DNA from: a virus
IMG/VR virus record: IMGVR_UViG_3300032435_000019
Strand: one strand, 5' to 3'
DNA: 43,703 bases
A model generated the notes under the pieces. The model did not search any database, was not told the origin of the DNA, and worked only from the letters and a program-made list of their open reading frames with translations. The position numbers and the translations under genes were made by a program. Positions within the stretch are counted from its first letter, which is position 1; every line of letters begins with the position of its first letter. This document shows positions 17,535-25,522 of the stretch, in pieces.

Positions 17535-17897
17535 TTAGGTCGGGTCGCGGAGTTCATGTTTGAAGGCGGCCGTATCGACGGTGCCTCCGGCGGTCAATGC
17601 CTGGGATGCTGATGTAGTGATCCGACGAATCGCATCGGTGCCGTTGCTTATTACAACATGGTTTGCGGTTCCGGTGTTCGTAATACTGATGCCGGTCTGC
17701 GCTGGGCAGGTTGTCTTGCGCCCGCTGACGTCACCGTTGGCTTTGGTGTGCGCGCCTACGCCGGTAAGCTTTTGCGCGAGCATTACCGCGGCGATGCCTG
17801 CGTAGTTTGCCGGCTCTGCGGAGCAAATATGGATTGCGTCGCCCTCGGTGAGCGTGAGCATTGCGTCGAGTACTGTAACGGGGATTTTCTTAGCCAT
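17535..17897 (-). CDS. Hypothetical protein (120 aa), possibly structural
   Basis: ORF with a good RBS context and Gly/Thr/Ala-rich composition. No motif. Confidence 0.6.
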   Translation of the reverse strand: MAKKIPVTVLDAMLTLTEGDAIHICSAEPANYAGIAAVMLAQKLTGVGAHTKANGDVSGRKTTCPAQTGISITNTGTANHVVISNGTDAIRRITTSASQALTAGGTVDTAAFKHELRDPT

Positions 17898-17908
17898 GTG
17901 GTGTTCTC

Positions 17909-19612
17909 CTAAGTTTCTATGGTGCCGTCGATCAATGGGATCGCTATTAGCTCGCCGGAGCCTAGCAGGGCGACGAGGGTAATCGTGGCGTCTAGCTCAA
18001 CGAATACCAGCGCGCCGCTGGCTGCCAAACTCAATAGTTGAGCTTGCGTTGTATCGCTTATCGCTAGCACTGAGTATTCGTATATGTTCGCCTGCTCGCC
18101 TTCCTGGTCCTGGCTGCTATCGCCCGGGGCGACTGTGGTCGCCTGTAGCGCTAGCGTGACGGTCTCCGCTAGCTGCGCCTGTAGGGCGTCGTTTATGGCG
18201 AGGATGTAGTTTGGCGTGAGCGCTGCGGTGTCGGATAGCTGCTGCTGCCCGAGCGCGTCTGGTGCTATTAGGCCGGCGACCGTGATTGTGGCTGCCGATA
18301 GTTCCTGGCTGGCGTCTGATCCGTCGGCCTGGAGGCTGCTGCGCTGCGTGAGGGCGACGCTGTCGCTTATGGCTATACCTTCGCTCTGGTTGGCGACTAG
18401 GACGTAGCCCTGCGTGAATGCGGTGCTGTCTATGAACTGCTCGGCTTCGCTTCCCTGGATGGTGAGCTGGTGCTTTTGGGTGATCGCTGCTGCTTGCGCT
18501 TCCTGGACCTGCTCGCTGCTGGTTGCCGATAGCGTTCCTGCTTCGGTGAGGTTCGGTGCTTCTGAGGTCTGTAGTTGGTCCGCTGCGTCTGCTGTTATCT
18601 GGCTTTGCTGCGTTAGCGCCGGCTCCTGGGCTTGCTGCTCCTGCAATGTGACGGCAGGCGCAAGGGCGCTTGCCTGGGTGAGGGCCGCGGTTTCTGTGGC
18701 CTGCTCCTGGTCTGTGGCTTGCGGTCCGAGGTTGCTACGCTGAGTAAGGACTACCGATACAAAATTGATCGGCTGTTCTGAGATTTCCGGCGCTAGCTGG
18801 TGCTTTTGAGTCAGCGCCGCCTCGTCTTGCTCCTGGTCCTGCGCCGCGTCGGTGCCTGCTAGCTGATGCTTTTGCGTGAGCGTTACCTGGGCGCTGTCCT
18901 GGTCCTGCGCCGCGTCGGTGCCTGCTAGCTGATGCTTTTGCGTGATCGCCGGAACGCCCGACTGCTGCACTGTGGCTGAGTCGTTTGGTCCGTGGGTGTC
19001 GTTCTGCGCTAGCGTGGTGGTTCCTTGCTCGTGGTTCTGGTCGCTGCCGTTTACTGTGACTATATCGCTGTAGCGGAGCCGCACTTCGAAGCTGTCTATG
19101 TATCCGTTGCCCGATGAATTCTGGACGTTGTTGTTTGTGAGGAGCCAAAAAAGGCCGAAGTCTGCTGATTCAACTTCCGCGATGGTGAGGTTGGTCATTC
19201 CGTATACGGGAGGGCTTTGCTGGGTTGTTCCTGTGCCGCCGTTGCCGGTGTTTATTAGGGGCGCAAGGCCAAAAAAATTGGGGTTTATTGGTGCGGCTGC
19301 GTTCCTTTTTCCGAATACCTGCGCCTGGATGATACCGCCGGCCGATACCGCTTCGCTGTAGCCTTTGACGCGCCACTGTATTTCTTCTATTCGGCGGCCC
19401 GCTGGTATTGAGTCGGAAGCAAAGCCGAATCCGGTGATAGACCATATATCGGTTATTTGACCGGTGAATACACCGCCCTTTGTCAGCGGCTCGGTGTTTG
19501 TGGCGTATGTGGAGTCGGGCTCACCGGTGACGTTGCCGCCGTTGTTTATTGATGTTGCGGACGCGGATTTGAATGCTGCGGCCGTCGGTCTCCTCCATGC
19601 TGTAAAAGCCAT
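17909..19612 (-). CDS. Fibre-like protein with about 11-12 tandem 22-residue (A/V)LTQ repeats (567 aa)
   Basis: A globular N-terminal domain of about 190 aa is followed by periodic units: ITQKHQLAGTDAAQDQDSAQVT / LTQKHQLAGTDAAQDQEQDEAA / LTQKHQLAPEISEQ... / LTQRSNLGPQ... and so on. A hydrophobic C-terminal domain follows. Confidence 0.7.
   Translation of the reverse strand: MAFTAWRRPTAAAFKSASATSINNGGNVTGEPDSTYATNTEPLTKGGVFTGQITDIWSITGFGFASDSIPAGRRIEEIQWRVKGYSEAVSAGGIIQAQVFGKRNAAAPINPNFFGLAPLINTGNGGTGTTQQSPPVYGMTNLTIAEVESADFGLFWLLTNNNVQNSSGNGYIDSFEVRLRYSDIVTVNGSDQNHEQGTTTLAQNDTHGPNDSATVQQSGVPAITQKHQLAGTDAAQDQDSAQVTLTQKHQLAGTDAAQDQEQDEAALTQKHQLAPEISEQPINFVSVVLTQRSNLGPQATDQEQATETAALTQASALAPAVTLQEQQAQEPALTQQSQITADAADQLQTSEAPNLTEAGTLSATSSEQVQEAQAAAITQKHQLTIQGSEAEQFIDSTAFTQGYVLVANQSEGIAISDSVALTQRSSLQADGSDASQELSAATITVAGLIAPDALGQQQLSDTAALTPNYILAINDALQAQLAETVTLALQATTVAPGDSSQDQEGEQANIYEYSVLAISDTTQAQLLSLAASGALVFVELDATITLVALLGSGELIAIPLIDGTIET
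18831..18945. repeat. 66-bp-period tandem duplication inside the fibre-like gene
   Basis: The 49-nt string tcctggtcctgcgccgcgtcggtgcctgctagctgatgcttttgcgtga occurs at 18831..18879 and again at 18897..18945. Confidence 0.9.
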
Positions 19613-20044
19613 TTAGAAGTCACCGACTAGTTCGGCGAAATACTCGGCCTGCATCTGCGCTGCAAATACGGGGTCGAGGGTGTTTAGCTTTTCCTCTAGG
19701 TCGTCTGGAAGAACGCCGTAGCCCTTTGCGACGAAGTTTATGAACCTATTGCCGCCGAATGATTCCATGCCCATGCGAGCGAGGTCGTCCCATAGCTCGG
19801 GGTCAAACATTTCGCGGAGGTAGCGGTGGCAATAGATAAACGCGCCGACGTAGCAGCAATACTCTGGCTTAAATTCCAGGCTGGCTGTTATCCAGCCGCC
19901 TACGGTGTCGGCTCCGGCGTTGTCTAGGACGAACGACATAACGTGGTCCTCGAAGGCACAACTGTCTAGGCTATGCCCGCGGAGGAAGGACTCTTTTAGT
20001 ATCGCCAGGGCAACTTCCGCGCTCGGCGAGTTGCGGTCGTACAT
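19613..20044 (-). CDS. Hypothetical protein (143 aa)
   Basis: ORF that abuts both neighbours. No motif. Confidence 0.6.
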   Translation of the reverse strand: MYDRNSPSAEVALAILKESFLRGHSLDSCAFEDHVMSFVLDNAGADTVGGWITASLEFKPEYCCYVGAFIYCHRYLREMFDPELWDDLARMGMESFGGNRFINFVAKGYGVLPDDLEEKLNTLDPVFAAQMQAEYFAELVGDF

Positions 20045-20401
20045 TTAGCGATCCTGGCGTGACTGGATTAGGAACGGCGTTATCGCGTCCACTCGGTTTT
20101 TGATGTTGTTGTCGGTGAGGTCGATTATTTCCTGGATCGTTTTGCTCTTGTTGTCGGCGAGTAGGATATTCGTGACCCTGGCGGTCTCGTGCACGTTGGT
20201 GGTGTCGCGCAGGAATACCTGAGCCCATATACGGTCGCCCTTCGCTGCGTCGAGCGTTGGCTGGTCTCCGGCGGCAATGTCGAGGATAGCTTGATCGACT
20301 ATTGCCTGCGCTGCGATCTTAATTGCGGTGCGTACACGCTGCATGAATACGCGGCCCTCGGGACTTTGGACGAAGTCGTCTAGCTGGATGTAGTGTGCCA
20401 T
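20045..20401 (-). CDS. Hypothetical protein (118 aa)
   Basis: First ORF downstream of motif copy C. No motif. Confidence 0.6.
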   Translation of the reverse strand: MAHYIQLDDFVQSPEGRVFMQRVRTAIKIAAQAIVDQAILDIAAGDQPTLDAAKGDRIWAQVFLRDTTNVHETARVTNILLADNKSKTIQEIIDLTDNNIKNRVDAITPFLIQSRQDR

Positions 20402-20472
20402 TGTTGTACTCCGGTGCTGGGGTGTTTGCTGTTTTGCGTAGGTGGCTAGTGTCGCGCCGGTGCTGCCGCTTT

Positions 20473-20490
20473 ACTAATTGGGATTTTTCG
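20473..20490 (-). promoter_or_regulatory. Conserved late-region element, copy C (minus strand CGAAAAATCCCAATTAGT)
   Basis: Shares the core GAAAAATCCCAA-T-A-T with copies A and B. It follows a terminator directly and lies about 70 nt upstream of the ATG at 20401. Confidence 0.45.
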
Positions 20491-20494
20491 GGCG

Positions 20495-20530
20495 AAAAAA
20501 AGCCCCGACGCTAGGGGTTAACCGTCGAGG
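20495..20530 (-). terminator. Rho-independent terminator after 20575..21153
   Basis: Minus strand reads CCTCGACG, a 12-nt loop, then CGTCGGGG (one G-U pair), followed by CTTTTTTT. Confidence 0.65.
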
Positions 20531-20574
20531 CTAAAGGCTTGAGCGGCTTGGGTGAGCGCTCTCGCAGGGGAAGG

Positions 20575-21153
20575 TTATTCTAACCCGGCCGGTAGCTGGT
20601 CGCTAGCGCCGTCGTCCCAGGGTAGGTCCGGCCATAGCCTTGCCTGATCTGCTTCGTGCTGCGCGATTGCTGTGATCCAGGCGCGGCCTTCCTGGTGCTG
20701 CTCGCCGCAGTCCTCGCAAATGAGCTTTTCCTCGCCTTGCTCTATGTAACTCTCAAAGGCGAAGCTGCCGCAGTCCTGGCACGTTGGGTAGTCGGCTGGC
20801 GAATGGTCCCGCTCCTGGTCGCTTTGGAATAGCGCGGGCATATAGCTCCCTGGCTGTAGCCGGTGCATGACCTGCCATACGTCGCTGCAGGCGTCGTGGT
20901 ATTCCGCGTCGGGGATGCTTTTCTTAAAGTTGTCGTAGGTTAGCGCGTTGATTTCGCCGAGCATCATTTCTTTGAAGTCGCCGTCGCTTACCGTGACGCG
21001 GTATTTGTAATCGGCGTTGTTTAGCTGAGTGACCTGCTTGCCTGGAAATAGCGCCTTGAGGTGCTCCTGGCGTCGGGCTCGGATCATAAAATCGTCCGGC
21101 TTGTTCCGGTGCCTTACTGCGCTGATGAATCCTTTGCTGGTGAATACCCACAT
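20575..21153 (-). CDS. Moron-like gene: conserved-looking N-terminal domain plus a C-terminal CxxC...CxxC zinc ribbon (192 aa)
   Basis: The ORF has its own extended -10 upstream and its own terminator downstream. The zinc ribbon is CQDCGSFAFESYIEQGEEKLICEDCGE. Confidence 0.7.
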   Translation of the reverse strand: MWVFTSKGFISAVRHRNKPDDFMIRARRQEHLKALFPGKQVTQLNNADYKYRVTVSDGDFKEMMLGEINALTYDNFKKSIPDAEYHDACSDVWQVMHRLQPGSYMPALFQSDQERDHSPADYPTCQDCGSFAFESYIEQGEEKLICEDCGEQHQEGRAWITAIAQHEADQARLWPDLPWDDGASDQLPAGLE

Positions 21154-21189
21154 GGCGTTGCCTATTTTTGGTGTTATTTGCCTGGGCGC

Positions 21190-21198
21190 ATTATACCA
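21190..21198 (-). promoter_or_regulatory. Extended -10 promoter element TGGTATAAT (minus strand)
   Basis: A perfect TATAAT preceded by TGn, 37 nt upstream of the ATG at 21153. There is no good -35, and an extended -10 may not need one. Confidence 0.45.
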
Positions 21199-21200
21199 AC

Positions 21201-21233
21201 AATTACCGGCGAAGGCTTTAGTCTGCCGGTAAT
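21201..21233. promoter_or_regulatory. Inverted repeat ATTACCGGC-N14-GCCGGTAAT, a near-relative of the CCGGTAT box
   Basis: The 9-bp arms are perfect. The repeat spans the stop codon of 21218..21541 and abuts the extended -10. Confidence 0.4.
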
Positions 21234-21541
21234 ACGATATCGAGGCTGTCTTGAAGAACCTTCCTGGCTTCGTCCCTGGTGCCGTCCGGTGATGGGCCCT
21301 GGTTCTTATATATCTGGAAATCGTCGGCGTCTAACGCTATCCAGCCGCCTCCCTGGATTTTGTGCTCCTCGAAGGTGCCGGATACTTTGTGGCATGGCTG
21401 CCCTGATCCTGGGTAGTTGTTTGCCCAGCCGTGGTCGATGAATGCTATGCCGTCCGGCAGGTCGAAAACGTGCGCGGCGTAGTAGTCACCGGCCCCTATC
21501 TGGATAGACTTTCCCTGGGCGCTGTATTGTCCTGGTGTCAT
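21218..21541 (-). CDS. Hypothetical protein (107 aa)
   Basis: ORF with an ATGA overlap to the MuF gene stop. Confidence 0.65.
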   Translation of the reverse strand: MTPGQYSAQGKSIQIGAGDYYAAHVFDLPDGIAFIDHGWANNYPGSGQPCHKVSGTFEEHKIQGGGWIALDADDFQIYKNQGPSPDGTRDEARKVLQDSLDIVLPAD

Positions 21542-24500
21542 CTGACTAGCTCTCCGTTGACTCTAACTACTTCAGTGACTGATCTGCCGTCCGGCCATGT
21601 GCTGTAGCCTTCGTTTTTTAGGAACTTGATTATCTCTATTCGCTCCCGATTGTTTGCGGCGTTAATGTAATCTAGGTCGTCGAAGATTGATAGGGTGTCT
21701 TTGACGATGGTTTCGTTCGTCGATCTAGCTATCTCCATTAGGTCCTGGACCTTTGTTTGCCTGTTCGTCTGGACATAGTCCTGAACAAAATCAGGGCCGC
21801 TTGATTCTTGCGCGTTGGGGACGTAGTCGAACGTTCGGCCGTACTTGTCGCCATCGTAGCTTATGGCGTCGCTTCGTGCGGCGACCTTCGCCTTCCAGAC
21901 GATGCTCCCAACCTTTGCCTGCTCTGCGGTTTTTATCCTGGTGAAGAAATAGGTAGCGCCTCCGCTGTTTAAGTCGGGCCCTGGGCTCATTCCGTCTATG
22001 CTGACGCCGCGCCTTATTTTGTCTGCCGTCGGTGCCATTTGGCCGCCGCCGTTGACGAGTATTTTGATGTTATTGAGCACGCTTCCGTTCGATGTGAATC
22101 GGTGAATAACACGGTGGTTCTTTTCGAATCCCTCCCATTCAGGGTGCCCTAATAGTTCAGGCCGGTAGCGTGTTCTGCGTCCATGCTCAAAGGCTTGATG
22201 CTCGCCTTCCGGCCGGTAGTGCACGTTGTCTATGTCCACGCCTGACGCCTTGCTGATTAGCGCCTTCGCTTTCGCGGTGTCTCCGGCCTTTATCGCTGCG
22301 ATGAAATCGGCTTTTTTGTCCAGCCGGTGGATATATCCGAGCTGCTGCAGATAGAGCATTTCCTGGGATGCGGCGCTTGCCCTGGTGCTGTCTATTCCTA
22401 GTTGCTCTATTGTTTCGAATATCTTGCTGGATGCTGGCAGGCCGTTCCCTGGGACCTCTATATCTACGCGCCCACGCAACGCTGCTTTGACTTCTGGAAT
22501 GTCAGGGAAGTAGCGTATCTTGACGCCGTCTATTTCGGCCTCGAATACCTTAGTTTGAACGACCGCTCGGCTGCTGGTTTCGCGGTGGTAAGACTTATCA
22601 AGTTGATTGAGGTTGTAGGTGTGGTTTTCTTTTTCCAACCATCTAATCGTGCCGGCCTCTGGCGCTTTTAGCTTGGCGGCCCCAATATTGAACTCCTCGT
22701 ATAGCTCAGTGAGATTTTTATCCCACACTGGAGCCGATGCGGCGATGCTGTCCTTGATCTGCTTTATATATGGCTCTATTTTTTTCTGTATTTCTGTGAC
22801 CGATTTCTGCGCCCTTGTTCCTGCTGCCACTTCGGCTTTGAGTCCGGCGATCATTTCGTCGTAGCTGTTGGCGGCAATCTGTAGCTTGCTTATGGCCGAG
22901 CCGAGGCTGGTCTCGTTGTTATCTATGCGGTGCCGGATGGAGGTAGCCGCTTTTTTTATCTTTTCGTGGACGTCGTTGTAGTTCGCTGGCGCTGTTGTGG
23001 TCTGCGCGAGCATCCTTTCGGCGGCTTCGCCCTTCACTTTGAAATAGGCTGCGGTGATTTCGTTCTTGTTTGCGTCCGTTTTATGCCAAACGAGAACGCT
23101 CTGGTCCTCGATGCTGTCTTTGTCAGTCGGTACTGCGTAGCCATTGATTCGGCTGTTGTTGACGTTCTCTAGCTCGATGCGCGTGACTCGCTCTCCGGTG
23201 TCTACTATTGCCGCCGGCGTCCTGGTCCTGGCCTCGGGGAAGGCTTCGAGGATAAACTCCCTGCGCGCCTTGAGCGTGGCCGCGAGCGTTTTCCTGGCTC
23301 GGCTATCCAGGGGCCCGTAGTTCTTGATGAGGTCGTCGATCTTGTCGTCGGTGAATAGCGCGACTTTGCGGGCGCTTTCGATCAATTGCTCCTGTGTCAT
23401 GCTCCCGAATACCGAGGCGGACTGGGAGTTATATTGCGGGCTGCGTAATGATTCTATCTCCTGGACTATGTCGCCCCACTCTGTGCCCTTAAGCGTTCCC
23501 TGGGCCCTGTAACGGAGCGTGCCGCCGGTGTCTACGCGTACCGCTCTGCCGCCCTTGAGTAGTAGATTATCAAAGCCCTGACCTACGACGTCCCAATTGG
23601 CTAGCCATGCGTCGACCATGAAACCCTCGGCCGCTCCTGGCGCGCCGGCCTTGAGTGCTGCGCTGTTTGATTCCAGGCCGTCGATGATCTTGCTGGCGAT
23701 CTGGTCCTTGCCCTGGAAGTTGACCATTTGAACCTGGGGCGCGTCTATGCCGGCAGCTTCGTATATCTTAGCGCCGAGTACTTCGTTGCGGCCGTTGTCG
23801 ATGGACTTCGGTTCCTTGATGTACCACTTCACGCCGGTGTCGGTGTCCTGGTATAGCCCGCCTGGGTTCGATCCTCCCTGGCCGCCGATCTTTGTCATGC
23901 TGTCGGGATTGAATTCGGTCTCTGCGGATACGACTTTGGCCTGGACGACTGGTGCGTCCGGTGCGGCCGGATCAATATTTGCCGCCTCATTTGAGGGCTC
24001 AATTGTTGATGTGGCCTTGTTCGCCTTCGCCTTTTTCGCATCTATATCGGCGAGGACCTTCGCCTTCGCTGCGTCGTCTAGGCCGTTGAATATGGTCTGC
24101 TGTTGCGGGCTCGGGATTTTGCCTTCGAGGACCTTTTTCTTATAGCCGCTGATTACCGCGGAGATCTTACCCGTTGCCATTTGCGCGTCGGCTTCGTCCT
24201 GGATCGCTTTGACGAGGCCCTTGTAGTCGGTTCCGAAGCCCGCGGCTGTTCCGTCGATGCTGAACTTCTCGAATAAGGTCTGCTGCAGCTTCATCTGCTT
24301 GGGCGCTTTGCCGGTGGCAATGGCGAGGATTGCTTCCTGCGCTGCTGCCTGCCCGCTCTTGACGTCTATGTCGTACTCTAGGACGCCTTTCGCTTCGTCC
24401 GATAGCGTGGCAACGTGCGCCGCTGATGCTGGGCTCGGTTCCTTTCCGGCGATCTTTGCCTTTTTGTAATTGGCTTCCAGGGCTTTTCCTTTGTAGTACG

Positions 24501-25509
24501 CCGCTTTCCCCTGGGCCTTGGCGAGCGCTTCGGTCGGGTCGATGCCTGGATTCTTTGCGATTATCTTTTTGAGCTCGGGCGCGAGGTATGGCTCCTTGCT
24601 GATTAGCGCGTCGTCTATGGCCTGCTGTGCCTGGGCCTTTACGGTGCTGAGTTTCTGAACCTCTAGGTCCTTCGCTATATCGGCCTTGTAGGCTGCTTGC
24701 ATCACTGCCTGTTTGCCCTGGGCTGCTTTGACGGCCTTGCGCTGCCGCTCCAGGAGGCTCTTGGCTTTGTCGTCGGCCTGGACTAGCAGATTTTTCATCC
24801 TGGCGAGGCCTGGGTTGTGGTCCCAGCCTGGGTCGGTGCCGATGGGTACTTTGTGGAGCGTTCCGTCCTTCGGGTTGGTCCAGTCCTTCGTTTTAATGTC
24901 CGGCTTTTTGATTGGCGTGAGCCCGAGGTCTTTTATGTCGTCCTCGTCTAGCTGTATCACGCCGCAGCGGCAATTCCAGCCGTTGGGAGGGAAGTGCGTT
25001 TTCCAAAAATCGGAATATACGGGGTGCACTTGATTGTCGAGCGCTGCGTGCTCCGGCCGGACCCTGAAGTCGTCCACGGCGTCGTATAGGAGAAACGGTG
25101 CGTCTTTGGCGTTTTTCGCTATCTTGTCCCAATGGCCTACGCTGTAGGCGCTTTGCAGGTTGCTTCTGAATATGGTCTCTAGGCGCGTGGCGCTGCCGAG
25201 CTGGGCCTTTACGACTAGGCCGGTGCTCGGGTCTATGACGTCCTTTTTGCCCCACCATCCGGCCTTCTGTAGCTCGGGGATTAGCTCCTTCTGAAAGTCG
25301 GCGAAGGTCTTACCTTCCTGGAGCGCTTTGCCGAGCCGCTCCTGGACCGTCGCTAGCAGGTCGGTGTCCATCATTTTGGCTACGGTGAACGCGGCGTCGT
25401 GCTCGTCGCCCAGCATTTCGTACCAGTTGAAGGTTGGGGATAGCCCTTTAGCCTGGATGAACTTGACGGCGTCGACCGGCTCTAGGTCGAACTGCGCGCT
25501 TACCTCCAT
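21538..25509 (-). CDS. Polyvalent head protein: MuF/SPP1 gp7-like minor head domain, Ala/Lys-rich linker, kinase-like domain and a C-terminal PARP-like ADP-ribosyltransferase domain (1323 aa)
   Basis: MuF domain: aa 1-235 with the NGWNCRCGV signature, directly after the portal gene. Kinase-like domain: aa 535-735 (GGQGGSNPGG, VKWYIK, RNEVL, DVVGQGFDNLL, VDTGG). ART domain: aa 1125-1285 (VIHRFTS, GGATYFFTR, STNETIVKD). Confidence 0.85.
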   Translation of the reverse strand: MEVSAQFDLEPVDAVKFIQAKGLSPTFNWYEMLGDEHDAAFTVAKMMDTDLLATVQERLGKALQEGKTFADFQKELIPELQKAGWWGKKDVIDPSTGLVVKAQLGSATRLETIFRSNLQSAYSVGHWDKIAKNAKDAPFLLYDAVDDFRVRPEHAALDNQVHPVYSDFWKTHFPPNGWNCRCGVIQLDEDDIKDLGLTPIKKPDIKTKDWTNPKDGTLHKVPIGTDPGWDHNPGLARMKNLLVQADDKAKSLLERQRKAVKAAQGKQAVMQAAYKADIAKDLEVQKLSTVKAQAQQAIDDALISKEPYLAPELKKIIAKNPGIDPTEALAKAQGKAAYYKGKALEANYKKAKIAGKEPSPASAAHVATLSDEAKGVLEYDIDVKSGQAAAQEAILAIATGKAPKQMKLQQTLFEKFSIDGTAAGFGTDYKGLVKAIQDEADAQMATGKISAVISGYKKKVLEGKIPSPQQQTIFNGLDDAAKAKVLADIDAKKAKANKATSTIEPSNEAANIDPAAPDAPVVQAKVVSAETEFNPDSMTKIGGQGGSNPGGLYQDTDTGVKWYIKEPKSIDNGRNEVLGAKIYEAAGIDAPQVQMVNFQGKDQIASKIIDGLESNSAALKAGAPGAAEGFMVDAWLANWDVVGQGFDNLLLKGGRAVRVDTGGTLRYRAQGTLKGTEWGDIVQEIESLRSPQYNSQSASVFGSMTQEQLIESARKVALFTDDKIDDLIKNYGPLDSRARKTLAATLKARREFILEAFPEARTRTPAAIVDTGERVTRIELENVNNSRINGYAVPTDKDSIEDQSVLVWHKTDANKNEITAAYFKVKGEAAERMLAQTTTAPANYNDVHEKIKKAATSIRHRIDNNETSLGSAISKLQIAANSYDEMIAGLKAEVAAGTRAQKSVTEIQKKIEPYIKQIKDSIAASAPVWDKNLTELYEEFNIGAAKLKAPEAGTIRWLEKENHTYNLNQLDKSYHRETSSRAVVQTKVFEAEIDGVKIRYFPDIPEVKAALRGRVDIEVPGNGLPASSKIFETIEQLGIDSTRASAASQEMLYLQQLGYIHRLDKKADFIAAIKAGDTAKAKALISKASGVDIDNVHYRPEGEHQAFEHGRRTRYRPELLGHPEWEGFEKNHRVIHRFTSNGSVLNNIKILVNGGGQMAPTADKIRRGVSIDGMSPGPDLNSGGATYFFTRIKTAEQAKVGSIVWKAKVAARSDAISYDGDKYGRTFDYVPNAQESSGPDFVQDYVQTNRQTKVQDLMEIARSTNETIVKDTLSIFDDLDYINAANNRERIEIIKFLKNEGYSTWPDGRSVTEVVRVNGELVR

Positions 25510-25522
25510 GAAGTTGACGATC

